Of a stretch of DNA of 64,000 nt, positions 41,356 to 51,850 are shown piece by piece; the first letter of the stretch is position 1, and each line of letters starts with the position of its first letter. This DNA comes from Carpediemonas membranifera BICM (Eukaryota > Protista > Fornicata). A model generated the notes under the pieces. It searched no databases and was not told where the DNA came from. It saw nothing but the letters and a program-made list of their open reading frames with translations. The translations under genes and the position numbers were made by a program. Location of the stretch: assembly GCA_019828565.1 (NCBI GenBank), contig JAHDYR010000005.1:1776871-1840870 (forward strand), in the 5' to 3' direction.

Positions 41356-43536
41356 ATGTCATACGCGCTGAGGACAATTAACACACTATTTGACAGTGAG
41401 GCCTCACTTGATGAGAACCTCAAGCCCTTCATAGCGAAGATTGAGAAGGAGATCATGACCACTCGCTACAAGCTGCACTCTCTTGTACGGGAGCAGGCTC
41501 TCGAAGGTGAATCGAGCCAGAAGTCCCTCGATGATGCCAAAGTGTCTATAACAGAGCTCACCACCAAGATAGAGGAGATCCAACAGCAAGCAGCCCAGTC
41601 CGAGCGGATGATCCTTGAGCTGTGCCACGACATCCAGCGCCTCGACCTCGCCAAGAAGAACTTCAACAGCGCAGTGACCACACTGAAGCGCCTACAGATG
41701 CTGACGACCTCCATCACCCAGCTGGAGCAGGTGGTCCATGCTTCAGAGACGAGGAACTATGACGAAGCCGCCCCCCTCGTAAGGGCCGCCACAGAGCTAC
41801 TGGGCCACTTCAACAGCCAGCGTGAGCATATAGTAACGAGGGCAGGCATTGATAAGATCGCAGACCTCAATGCCCGGATGGCGAGGGTAACAGACACCCT
41901 GAGCCAGGCCGTCATGCGAGACTTCCAGGCAGTTGGGGCAGCCAGCAGTGACGTACAGAAGGAGCAGCTGCTTGCTAGACTACAGACAGGGTGCCAGCTG
42001 ATCGAGGCGATGGGTCCTGACAGCAAGAAGAACTTCTTCAGCTGGTTCCTCAAGGTGCAGCTTAGTTCGTACAAAAACCTCAACGATGGGACGAACGGCA
42101 CGGCTGAGGAAAGGTTTAGGAAGCTCGAGGAGCGCTTCACGTGGCTCACGAAGCGGTTGGGGGAGGTGTCGATCGAGTACGGTGGCGCGTTCCCCCAAGA
42201 ATGGCAGATGCTCGCTGTCATCGTCGACGAGTGGGTCAATGTCACGTGTACCCAGCTCAGTGACATCCTAGATGAGCTCGAGGGCGCTGGCTTCATCCGG
42301 TCGAACGTCCCACTTCTTCTCCAGAAGGTACAGAAGGTCGCCGACTTCGAAACCCAGCTGGACGAGGTCTACAGCACCAATTTCGAGTCCGAGGAGAAGA
42401 AAGAGAGGTGGATAGCCAATGGGTACCCCGCATTCTCGTTCAAAGGCAGGCTTGTCATCTGGTTTGAACGATTCCTCGACGAATATCGCAATAAGGAGCG
42501 CGCCAACGTCCAGAGACTCGTGGATGATGCTAAAAACCGCGAGTCACACGGTAACGGTCCAGAGTCGATCGGGTCTAAGATTGAGATAATCAACAAGGAG
42601 CTGGGCCGTGAGGATCCGTCTCTTCGTCCAACCATGGCCGATGACATCTCCACTCGGGCCAGCACGGTGTCTGACTCGCCTCGGGCCTGCTCACTGGACT
42701 CAGCGGCCGACATGATGGTCCGGATGCGTCTTAGCCTCGAAAACTGCGCCCGAGTCAGCCAGAAGCAGACGCTATACGGGCTATACCGTGACTTCCTCCG
42801 CATTATCCTGGCATACTGCGAGTACGTCTCAGCGATGCTCCCTACGCTTCGAATTGTCCATGGACCAGTACCGTATCACGTGATCACACACTACGACGGG
42901 CTGACCACGCTTCCCCAGGCCGTACTGGTGTTGCTCACAGCGGACTATATCGCCCAGACACTACCTGGGTTGAAGAATAAGGTAAGGGGGCAGGTGGACC
43001 CAGAGTATCGCGTGGGTGTCGACTCTTGTGTCGAATACACACAGGTTGCCTCCAAGTGCGAGGCCCTTCTTGACCACACCTTCCACGTGCTCCTCATGTG
43101 CATATTCAAGCGTTCTGACGTCGGTAATTGGGTCAACTCGTTGTCTACCAGAGCTTGGGTGGAGGTGGACGACAAGCACCCGACCGTGCTCAGAGTCCTA
43201 TCCTCCGCGATGGAGGCCCAGCTCAGAGTGCTCGTCAAGATGGTCGGCGAGGACTCTGGCTATGCCATGGCCCGCGTCTTTGTCGCCAAGAGCGCGGCAG
43301 TGGTGTCTGCCTTGCTCATAGACAAGCTTGAGGTGAGCTCGCTCGAGGTCCGCGGCGTGCTCGCGCTTAGGAAGCTTCTCATCAAGCTGTACCAGTCATT
43401 TGTAGGGGATGGCGAGGGGGACGTGCCCGAGGAGGCCATTGCCGCCCTCACCATCCTCGAGGAGGCGTGCAACAGGCTCCATGAGACCGCGGGGCCGAGT
43501 ACCAGGGTGCCATTGAAGAATTTCGTGTCAGAATGA
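41356..43536 (+). CDS. VPS53: GARP complex subunit Vps53
   Basis: INTLFDSEASL, SERMI.ELC.DI..LDLAKKN...VTTLKRLQML, LEERFTWL, FPQEW. Confidence 0.92.
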   Translation: MSYALRTINTLFDSEASLDENLKPFIAKIEKEIMTTRYKLHSLVREQALEGESSQKSLDDAKVSITELTTKIEEIQQQAAQSERMILELCHDIQRLDLAKKNFNSAVTTLKRLQMLTTSITQLEQVVHASETRNYDEAAPLVRAATELLGHFNSQREHIVTRAGIDKIADLNARMARVTDTLSQAVMRDFQAVGAASSDVQKEQLLARLQTGCQLIEAMGPDSKKNFFSWFLKVQLSSYKNLNDGTNGTAEERFRKLEERFTWLTKRLGEVSIEYGGAFPQEWQMLAVIVDEWVNVTCTQLSDILDELEGAGFIRSNVPLLLQKVQKVADFETQLDEVYSTNFESEEKKERWIANGYPAFSFKGRLVIWFERFLDEYRNKERANVQRLVDDAKNRESHGNGPESIGSKIEIINKELGREDPSLRPTMADDISTRASTVSDSPRACSLDSAADMMVRMRLSLENCARVSQKQTLYGLYRDFLRIILAYCEYVSAMLPTLRIVHGPVPYHVITHYDGLTTLPQAVLVLLTADYIAQTLPGLKNKVRGQVDPEYRVGVDSCVEYTQVASKCEALLDHTFHVLLMCIFKRSDVGNWVNSLSTRAWVEVDDKHPTVLRVLSSAMEAQLRVLVKMVGEDSGYAMARVFVAKSAAVVSALLIDKLEVSSLEVRGVLALRKLLIKLYQSFVGDGEGDVPEEAIAALTILEEACNRLHETAGPSTRVPLKNFVSE

Positions 43537-43631
43537 GGGTTTGATAAAGTTTAGAATAAAAAAGCTGCCAGTCGAGTCGCAGTGACTCAATAATGTTGTT
43601 ATGGTATGGTACAGTAAACCAAGCGAGGCCC

Positions 43632-44843
43632 TCACTTCCATATGAGCCTGCTTCCCCTCGCCGACCTCTCCCTCACGACCTTCTCCCCCTTCTCCAGCTT
43701 AGTTTCGTCAATCAAAGTCACGAAGTCCCCGCATTTCTCGAGGTCGGGGCTCTGGTTGACGCCCACCGTCCTCGTGCTAGGGTCCATGAGATCGGGCGGG
43801 ACCACCAGGTGGAAGAGGTCCTCCATGAGCTGGGTTTTCAGCAGTCTGTCAGCGAGGGTCGAGGCTGAGAGTGACGGCGAGGCGTTGACCTCTACGAGCC
43901 AAGGTTTGAGCGTGTCGTCGATCAGCAGGTCGTAACCGTAACACTCGAAGCAGTGCCTGTCGCTGACCATCACAGGCTGGACCGCCTTGAGCGAGTGAAT
44001 GATGACGCTCTGTATGTCTGAAAACATCTGGTCCGCCTTGGCACGGCCGTAGGAGGACTCGACGAAGAGCTTCAGGTTCTCAATAGACCACTTGCCGCCG
44101 TTTTGACTGTTGTACTCGCTTCCGTGCTTCTGGATGGCGACGTTGGTCAGGTGCACAAGCATGTTGTCCAAGTCAGAGGCCGCAGGGGTGTAGCGGATGG
44201 TGCAGAAGCGGCAGAAGCCCTGCTGGTATATGTACGCCCGCAGCGGCTTGTAGCTAGTCACTGCGACGTAGAGCCTGAGGTCAAACTTCTTGCCACCGAC
44301 GAGCAGTGGGTTATCGATGTAACGACAGGCCAGGTAGGCGTCCTTGCTCCCGACCACGCGGCTAGATGCCCACCGCTTGACTTGGGATAGCTTATTGATG
44401 ATGAATATCCCTCGTCCTTGAGCTTTCCCGGTCGGCTTCATAATCCATACTGCGTTGGGACGCCGCTTGTATTCTTCGACGAAGAGAGAGTAATCCGCAG
44501 GCAACAGGAACGACTCTGGGAGGAAATCCAGGGCGGAGTAGCCGTCGGGGCCCTTGTGGAGCAGAGCGGAGTCTTCTTTCTTCAGCTCTCGCTTCAGTCG
44601 GGAGATGTTCTTAACCATGAGATCTTTCCGAGTAAGCTCGGAATGTGTGGGGAAATGGTTGACGATCTGTGAGTCTTTGAACCTGAAGCCGCTGTCGGGG
44701 TGGAAAAGACGGCTCACAGTGTGAATCGAGGCCCAGAAGATGTTCCAGTCGGATGATGATGTTGTTTTCTGCCACCCGTTCATCTCTGCTGCGAAGCAAT
44801 AGCAATGTCGTTCTGCATCGCACTTGAACTTTGGTTTCTGCAT
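43632..44843 (-). CDS. TTLL1: Tubulin polyglutamylase TTLL1-like
   Basis: VNHFP.H.ELTRKDLMVKNI, WIMKP.GKAQGRGIF, KFDLRLYV, HLTNVAIQK, WLVEVNASPSL. Confidence 0.93.
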   Translation of the reverse strand: MQKPKFKCDAERHCYCFAAEMNGWQKTTSSSDWNIFWASIHTVSRLFHPDSGFRFKDSQIVNHFPTHSELTRKDLMVKNISRLKRELKKEDSALLHKGPDGYSALDFLPESFLLPADYSLFVEEYKRRPNAVWIMKPTGKAQGRGIFIINKLSQVKRWASSRVVGSKDAYLACRYIDNPLLVGGKKFDLRLYVAVTSYKPLRAYIYQQGFCRFCTIRYTPAASDLDNMLVHLTNVAIQKHGSEYNSQNGGKWSIENLKLFVESSYGRAKADQMFSDIQSVIIHSLKAVQPVMVSDRHCFECYGYDLLIDDTLKPWLVEVNASPSLSASTLADRLLKTQLMEDLFHLVVPPDLMDPSTRTVGVNQSPDLEKCGDFVTLIDETKLEKGEKVVRERSARGSRLIWK

Positions 44844-44992
44844 GCCGAATGCCTGTCATCGGTGCACTTTAAGGTTCCTCCCATCGAATCAAGCAATGAG
44901 TCACCACATGCCGCTCAGAACGCGGTTTGCTGGTAACATGAGCGCGCGTGAAGACATAGTCTGCTCTGGAAGTCAATGTGCAGTTTATCGCT

Positions 44993-45049
44993 TTTTCTGT
45001 GGCTTTTGTGGCTTTTGTGGCACAAAAGCCACAAAAGTGCCACGGAAAA
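44993..45049. repeat. Near-perfect palindrome built from GCCACAAAAG-type repeats
   Basis: TTTTCTGTGGC TTTTGTGGCTTTTGTG G CACAAAAGCCACAAAA GT GCCACGGAAAA. Confidence 0.9.
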
Positions 45050-45216
45050 CATTCGGGAAAGTTGTGCGACAGGCTTCATCTGCCACAAGAAATGTTGCTC
45101 AACAAATGAACAGCCCGTAATCGACTCCGCTTCCGCGCCGCAAGACCGAGAACTTCATGAATTGGATCGTTCGTTTCATACCCACTTTTTGGCGCCTGTC
45201 AAATCTCAATCATTTA

Positions 45217-46425
45217 TCACCACATCTTCTCGGCCTGTGTCTTCGCTGCCTTGCGCTTGTTTGTGGGAAATTCAGCGCGATACACAACATCCCTGGTGAT
45301 CCACGTTGTGTCCGTCTCTCCCTTTGGGCGAATCGAGTGAACAACCGCGAACGTCATGGGTGAGAACACTTGGACGAAAGCGGGTGCCGGGAACTTGCAA
45401 TCCTCTGGCTTGGTGAAGTCGAGCTCGACTATCGGATGGCCAGACTGTATCACCATCTGCATTACCAAGTCGGACGTATCTTCTGATTTGGTCATACAAA
45501 TCCAGCAGCCCTCAAGCTGGCCGGCAAGGAGTTGTTTGAACCGTGCTTCGTCATCGGTCACTGTGTAGAGCCATGCGGGCCGCGGGGTTGAGGCGTTGTT
45601 TCTTGTGTACGTCACGAATGGCAGGGACAGAAGGAAGTTGAGCACAGTACGGTGGGTAGCATCGCTCGTACGAATGCATATGTGATGTCTGAGGCCGCTG
45701 CAGAGTATGGCGTCACCCACGGTGCGGAAGAAAGTACTCAGAGCTGAATCTCTCGGCACCACCAGGTCCCAAGCCTTGATAATCTCGCGGACTACTTCTG
45801 GTCCCTCCTGGCCGAGCCTTATAGCGAGGCCCACCTCGCTTAGATGGCCGCCATCTTCCTTTGACCAGCCTCCAAGTGGGCAGGGAAGATAGTCAACAAC
45901 TAGTTTCTGGGCGCAACGCATGATAAGCACCGACAAGAAAACGGCGTGATCTGATACAATAAGTCCCGGCTTGCAGATGACAGACTTGCCGTGCTGCCCC
46001 TTGTGGCGAAGGTCGTCCTTTTGACGAACCATAATTCGCCCCTGTGAATCGATTTCACAAGTTGTGTGACCCTCGTAGGCACTGTCGCTGACCTCGATGA
46101 GCGGACTCGTCCCTTGGGTGAGGCTGTGCGCGGCAGCCTTATATTTTCTCGGGATTCTCCCCCCCCCCGGCCTTACTGCTGGCTCACGCTCCTTAACCGA
46201 ACTAGTCTTGGTGCTGGAATCAGAATGAACTGACTTGCCTGTGGAAGGGCGCTGTGGAAGGGCATCGATCGGGTCACTGTTGTTGGTACCGACAATTCTT
46301 GACACCATGTGACTTCTGTTGGTCTCCGTTTGAATTTTCGTTGCAGTGTTCATCGACGTTGTCTGTGGCGCTCCTTCGTTGCTGGAGCTCATGCAAACAC
46401 TCTTATGCTTCGACTGACTCGACAA
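45217..46425 (-). CDS. Hypothetical protein; C-terminal half possibly a degenerate D5/P4-like SF3 helicase
   Basis: 402-codon ORF. Motif spacing is reminiscent of D5-like ATPases, but Walker A/B are not conserved. Confidence 0.45.
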   Translation of the reverse strand: MSSQSKHKSVCMSSSNEGAPQTTSMNTATKIQTETNRSHMVSRIVGTNNSDPIDALPQRPSTGKSVHSDSSTKTSSVKEREPAVRPGGGRIPRKYKAAAHSLTQGTSPLIEVSDSAYEGHTTCEIDSQGRIMVRQKDDLRHKGQHGKSVICKPGLIVSDHAVFLSVLIMRCAQKLVVDYLPCPLGGWSKEDGGHLSEVGLAIRLGQEGPEVVREIIKAWDLVVPRDSALSTFFRTVGDAILCSGLRHHICIRTSDATHRTVLNFLLSLPFVTYTRNNASTPRPAWLYTVTDDEARFKQLLAGQLEGCWICMTKSEDTSDLVMQMVIQSGHPIVELDFTKPEDCKFPAPAFVQVFSPMTFAVVHSIRPKGETDTTWITRDVVYRAEFPTNKRKAAKTQAEKMW

Positions 46426-46855
46426 AGTCGTCTCGTCAAAAAATGGTGTTGTGTAAATCTCGCCGAGGGTCTCATGGAGTCAATCCTGGCCGTGAGTCAC
46501 AACTGGGCAATCAGGGCTGCCAGCCTGACCATCCCGGGCGCGACATTCGTTTGATCCAACAGTAAATGGTTTATTGTAAAAAAAGGTCAACGACGCGTGA
46601 CAATTATTACACAACCGCAGCAGTCGTTCTTGGGCAAGAGAAACTCGTCTGGTCTACTCCAGCATAATCCAGTCCGCACATTGACTCAGACTAAACTCCG
46701 ACTCCGCGACCTCGACCTGTGTTGCTGCCATGTGGGGCTGCTACCGCCGTCAAAGACCATCCCATCCCGTGTACAGCGCAGTTTTGTACAATCACGAGAA
46801 CAACAGGGGGCAGAGTCTCTGAAACGCAGTTTAAAGTCAAATCATAGAATACAAG

Positions 46856-47503
46856 TCACCTGGCCTTCCGTGCCCCCGTAAGGCCCGGCTGTTTCGGGTT
46901 CTCAATAACCCCACCGCACACAGGACACACCTTGATGCAAGGTGGGGGTCTCGCCTTCCCCTGCGCCTCTGTCACGTACGGCTTCGTCTGTTGGTGACAG
47001 AATATACAGTGAGACGTGCTGATACCTGGATGGGAGACCTTTGCTGCCTGCTGCGGGATGTGCTCCCTCACCTCCTTCCATGCTGCCCCGTCGAACGGCT
47101 GTATGAGCTTCGACATGCCCTCTGTCCACTCCATGTTGTCCACTGGGGCCAGCACCTCTCTCCTCTTGGGCCGCAGTGACTCTTGTAGCGAGTCAACCGT
47201 CACTGCATCGGCGGCTACTCTCGTCGCCGGGAGTCTCGGTGAGAGTTTGACGGGTGAGCGCTTCTTCTTCAGTGGGGGAGGGCGGGATTGGATGGGGCTG
47301 CCCACCAGAGCCCGACCTGGCATGAATGCTGTTGATATTGCAGGCACATTGTGCTCTACGAAGACACTGTCCTGGCGTCTTGGAGGAGATCGAGAGGCTG
47401 TTCGGAAGAATGGGTTCTGAGGCTTGCGGACGGGGAAAGAAGGGCAGGAATAGAGCGATGCGTCTGTGTGAGATGCACAACAGTGATAGATACGGACCTT
47501 CAA
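46856..47503 (-). CDS. Hypothetical protein with C-terminal CxxC..CxxC zinc ribbon
   Basis: CIFC...CPVC; start uncertain. Confidence 0.5.
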   Translation of the reverse strand: MKVRIYHCCASHTDASLYSCPSFPVRKPQNPFFRTASRSPPRRQDSVFVEHNVPAISTAFMPGRALVGSPIQSRPPPLKKKRSPVKLSPRLPATRVAADAVTVDSLQESLRPKRREVLAPVDNMEWTEGMSKLIQPFDGAAWKEVREHIPQQAAKVSHPGISTSHCIFCHQQTKPYVTEAQGKARPPPCIKVCPVCGGVIENPKQPGLTGARKAR

Positions 47504-47822
47504 CGTCTCTGATTCGAGTAGGCCTTTGTGCCGTGTTTTTCTCCTCTATCCTCTCATTCAAGCGGCGTCTAGCCAGCATTTCGCCCTCAGTCTGGTTAAT
47601 GCGCCACTGGGAGACCAGCTTGGACTGTAGCCCATGGAAAGATGACGCCATGCGTGTTCGTTTTGTTAATCTGGTCGGTCGAGTTCTGCCTCCAAAACCT
47701 GGACACAGGTTGCTGTGCCTATCAGATGATGGTTGGGTAGTCTGGTCGCGTACTTTATGTTCTGCATTTCGTTCGACATAAACTGCACCGAGCCCTCGGT
47801 CTCGACAAGTTGCAGTTTGCCA

Positions 47823-49643
47823 ATGGCTGAACCAAATGACAAGGGAAGCTTTGATATTCTACGAACGCAAGCATACAACCAACTGAAGGATATCCTTCAG
47901 CACGCCAAGGACACAAGGCTCTTCTTTGAGGATTCTCTCAAGGGATCCATCCAATACGTCATGGATCCCAAGGAATTGAAGGGCTATACCGTCAAGGGCT
48001 CGCTCGAAGTCCTGACGTACAAAGATACGAAGCTCCCCAAGGCCCCCGTGGCCAAGGGCAAGAAGGGCAAGCAGGACCGGAACACGCGCACGGACACGCG
48101 CTGGCAGTCCTATGTATACATCGTGCGGCCAACCATCCGCACGATGAACATGCTGGCCAGCCATATCGAGTCCGCCCAGCTCTCATGCCCGGCCGGCTTT
48201 GAGTTCCACGTCGTCTTCGTGCCGCGAGACACCCTCTTCGCCCAAGAAGTCCTCACCGAGCGCGGTGTGTGGGACATTGTCCGCCCGCACTGCCTCGACA
48301 TCGGCTTCCTGCCCCTCCGCCACGACTTCCTATCACTTGACAACCCCGGGTCATTCCGGGAGTGCACGCTCTACAACGATGAGACGTCCATCTTCCACAT
48401 AGTACTGGCCATCATCAAAGTCCAGATCCTGTTCGGCCGCATCCCTTCCATCAAGGCCAAGGGCCGCTTCGCCATGCGACTCGTCGAAAACCTCAACCGC
48501 GAGACGGCCGCTTGCTCTGAGATTGCCACCCACCCCACCATCGACGAGCTCATCGTCATCGACCGTTCCTGCGACCTCGTCTCCCCCCTCCTGACCCAGC
48601 TCACGTACGAAGGCATGCTCGACGAGCTGTTTGGAATCCACCTCCAGTCGATGCAGGTCAGCAACAAGATCGTGAAGTACAAGGAGAAGGGGCCAGAGGA
48701 CACGGTCACCATGGATTTGTACCACAAGATCAGCCTCTTCCACGACTTCGCCTACCTCGCCTTTAATGACCTCCCCGCGGAGATCCAGCGCCAGGCCAAG
48801 ATCATCCAGGAGGCATACGATAGGAGGAACCAGGTTGACACCGTGAAGGAGGTCAAAGAGTACGTCAAATCTTTTAAGGTGCATCAAAAGAATCACCACG
48901 ATCTTCAGATACATATGAATCTAGCCAGTGCCATCGGATCGGTAACGATGAGCGCCGCCTTCCACCAACGTCTCGACCTGGAGCACGCGGCCGTGGTCGA
49001 CGGCACAGTCGACTTCGGGATCCTCGAGGACATGATCGCGTCCGTCCAGCCCCTGCGGGATGTCATGCGGCTCCTCTGCCTCATCTCCGTGACCAGGGGT
49101 GGGATCAAGCAGAAGCGGCTCGACCAGCTCCAGGCACTCATCCAGCAGGCGTATGGTTACGAGGCTCTGTTCACTATCACCAACCTCCGCCGGGCGGGCC
49201 TGCTCAACGTCGGGGGCAAGAGCTGGTATGACCGGGTCCGCAAGCAGCTGGACTTGGGCCCCCGGAGCATCGACGACCACAGCGCGAAGCAGGCGGACTA
49301 TGTCTTCAGCGGACTCTACCCGCTCAGCATCAGGGCTGTTGAGAGGCTCAGTGCTGCCCCTGACGTTGCTGCGCTCGAGGAGAAGGCGCTCAGGGCCGTG
49401 CCAGGTGGCGGGGTGACCCAGTTCGGGGAGCCCACCTCTAGGGCAGCCGGCCGCCGCAAGAAGACGATGGTCCTCTTCCTGGGCGGTGTGTGTGCGGCAG
49501 AGGTGGCTGCGCTGCGTCACCTGACCGAGACTGGCGACGTTGACTACATCACGGCCACTACAGCCATGACGAACGGGGCTGGTCTTGTCGAGAGTCTGTT
49601 CCAGGACCTCGACAAGCCCATGGCGCCAGGCCACACGAGATAG
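47823..49643 (+). CDS. VPS33: Sec1/Munc18 family protein Vps33
   Basis: VVFVPR, IIKVQ.LFG.IP.I..KG, LIVIDRS.DLVSPLLTQLTYEGMLDELFGI, YVFSG..PLSIR, FLGGV..AEVAALR. Confidence 0.93.
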   Translation: MAEPNDKGSFDILRTQAYNQLKDILQHAKDTRLFFEDSLKGSIQYVMDPKELKGYTVKGSLEVLTYKDTKLPKAPVAKGKKGKQDRNTRTDTRWQSYVYIVRPTIRTMNMLASHIESAQLSCPAGFEFHVVFVPRDTLFAQEVLTERGVWDIVRPHCLDIGFLPLRHDFLSLDNPGSFRECTLYNDETSIFHIVLAIIKVQILFGRIPSIKAKGRFAMRLVENLNRETAACSEIATHPTIDELIVIDRSCDLVSPLLTQLTYEGMLDELFGIHLQSMQVSNKIVKYKEKGPEDTVTMDLYHKISLFHDFAYLAFNDLPAEIQRQAKIIQEAYDRRNQVDTVKEVKEYVKSFKVHQKNHHDLQIHMNLASAIGSVTMSAAFHQRLDLEHAAVVDGTVDFGILEDMIASVQPLRDVMRLLCLISVTRGGIKQKRLDQLQALIQQAYGYEALFTITNLRRAGLLNVGGKSWYDRVRKQLDLGPRSIDDHSAKQADYVFSGLYPLSIRAVERLSAAPDVAALEEKALRAVPGGGVTQFGEPTSRAAGRRKKTMVLFLGGVCAAEVAALRHLTETGDVDYITATTAMTNGAGLVESLFQDLDKPMAPGHTR

Positions 49644-50611
49644 GGCATGAGTAAATTAGATGAGGTGGTTGTGTGTTCTGTGTCGTGCATTGACTCATCT
49701 CGCGATGTCTAGTCGGGAAAAGATATTGCCCGTTAAATTTGGAATATTTTATTTGAAACTGCCGAACAATCCAAATCTTATTTACTTCGTACGTCTCCTA
49801 ATCTTCACTTTGGTCGGCTTTGCGACCTACTGCAAGGTTGCATGACCACCGAGCAACTGTATCACGTGTTTGATGCCGAGCCGGGCGCACTCCTGTTTAA
49901 AGCTCTCCAGCGGTCTCTCCTGATCGCCATCGAACGGACGCCTCACGGTCAATCCTCTGCCGTTCTCGTTACGGTTAATGTGCGTGATCATCTTCTCATT
50001 AACATTGACAAACATGGTCGGCTTCCCTGTCATCGCAGCCCACAGGCCAGAGCATGGGTTGCCACCCATCTAATAGATGAAGCCGGTCTAGATGCGGTGT
50101 ACCCCCGGCTCAATAGCACCCTCACCCTCTTCTACCCCCCGTTCACCAATGATTTCAGCAAAGTGGAAACACTTCGATCATGGATGGACAAGGACCAACA
50201 GGCCTGGCCTATATGGATAGGGCAGTGCCCCATGGAGCTCAGAAGGAGCGGCCTTGGCCTCCTGTCTGAACATTCAAGGGTTGCTATCAGGGCATACCGC
50301 TGGGCGCGAGTGGGAGCTCCACGCCCATACCAAGGAATCAAAGTGTCTTCATGGAACGTATGTTTACAAGGAAAAGGAAAACAACCGTCGAGGGCCAGTG
50401 CTAGCACCGGCGGCTACATGGTTTTGTCAAGACCACAAGGAAGGAAGGGCAGCACAAAAGGGAAACAGGGGCCGTCGATAGGGGCTAAAAGGAGACTACG
50501 AACAAAGCAACAACAACTACACAGAAAGGCCCCGCTACTCAGAAAAGGGCGACGCATTTTTAGGACCGCGCCTTTTTGAAAGAATGGCCTATATAGTACG
50601 GAGCATGGACA

Positions 50612-51850
50612 ATGGGAGAAACTGGAAGGCCTGGACGGAGACCTCACCCGGATATGTACATGTGGCCCGACTTTCGGACCCAAAAATTCCGACCCAGTTT
50701 ATGGACTAGGAAAAGGGGAGAAATTTTGCACTCAACAATGCAGGTAGAAATACCGACAAGGATCAGGGATTCCACGCAGAAGCAGTGGGAGGACATCAGG
50801 GAACTACTGGACAGCTTCCTCGCTGAAAGGAACGATTCAAGGACTCTACTTCTTCGTAGAACAGGCAAGTTTACAGGAAAGTCGCTCAATGCGAACTCCA
50901 AAGGACGCAAGGAAGTAATCATGAACGCCAGACGCATCCTCTTCGCAACCGGCGTCACTGACAACAAGGACATCATCCTCAGGAACCCATGCGGCATCCA
51001 CGGCCTCCGCGACCTTTTCTACATGCTCACAGAGGCGCTCAACCCCAGAGACGAGGAAGCAAAGGACATGGCACAGGCACTGGAGCCCAAGACGCTGAAA
51101 GCGGGCTTCACTGGCATGGCAAGATGGCCATCTGAGAAGGACATCGAGACGGCGATCCTCAAGCCGAAGGAAGATGGGCCCATCGAATGGGATGTAGACA
51201 GGGACAGCGTCAAGAAGGCCGAAGGGTCGTTCATACTGGTATCAGGGGCTCATGGAGACGAGGCCGTAGAAGGCGTGCCTTACGACAAGGTATGGGATCC
51301 GGCAAACCAAGGCCCGGTCACCAGAGTGGCCTACGAGCAAGAGGACGGCAAGTACAGGGTCATCCTAGAGCTAAGCGACACGTCAGCATGGTCCATCAGC
51401 CGCTTCATGGAGGAGGCTAGGGACATCCTCAGGCTTCAGGCACCGGAGGCCCCGGCCATATGGCAGGCAGCATGGAACAAGTCAGGGATCTACCTGAAGG
51501 GCAGAACCAATATCCTGGGCGAAGGGGAGGAGACCCCCCTTAGCAACGAGCCGCCGTTCCGGAAGGTGAGGCTGGAAGTGCTCAAGGCCACCTCGGTCCG
51601 CAGCAATAGGGACGAACATGCCGATCTGGACAGGTCGTCCGCTAGCACGGTCATCGACGGAGACGAGGAGCAACATGTCAAGGACAAGGAGGAACGACGC
51701 CAGCAGGCCACCATGCCCGGCAGAAGAAGCCTCGACGACAGCCTCCTGGAAGTGAACAAGGACATGGTCGGGGGCCAACCAAGGCAAGATCGACCAGGAC
51801 GAGGAGGTCGACTCAAACAAGGTCAGCAGCCAGCCGCCGAGGATGCCTAG
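50612..51850 (+). CDS. LINE ORF1-like protein (probably extends upstream to ~50184 across frameshifts)
   Basis: 412-codon ORF at the element 5' end; its stop overlaps the next ATG. No family recognised. Confidence 0.55.
   Translation: MGETGRPGRRPHPDMYMWPDFRTQKFRPSLWTRKRGEILHSTMQVEIPTRIRDSTQKQWEDIRELLDSFLAERNDSRTLLLRRTGKFTGKSLNANSKGRKEVIMNARRILFATGVTDNKDIILRNPCGIHGLRDLFYMLTEALNPRDEEAKDMAQALEPKTLKAGFTGMARWPSEKDIETAILKPKEDGPIEWDVDRDSVKKAEGSFILVSGAHGDEAVEGVPYDKVWDPANQGPVTRVAYEQEDGKYRVILELSDTSAWSISRFMEEARDILRLQAPEAPAIWQAAWNKSGIYLKGRTNILGEGEETPLSNEPPFRKVRLEVLKATSVRSNRDEHADLDRSSASTVIDGDEEQHVKDKEERRQQATMPGRRSLDDSLLEVNKDMVGGQPRQDRPGRGGRLKQGQQPAAEDA

Noticed and set aside
49842-50579. 245-aa ORF as a real gene
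   Set aside because: It is a chimera of Gypsy gag (to 50140) reading into the LINE 5' end across the TSD.
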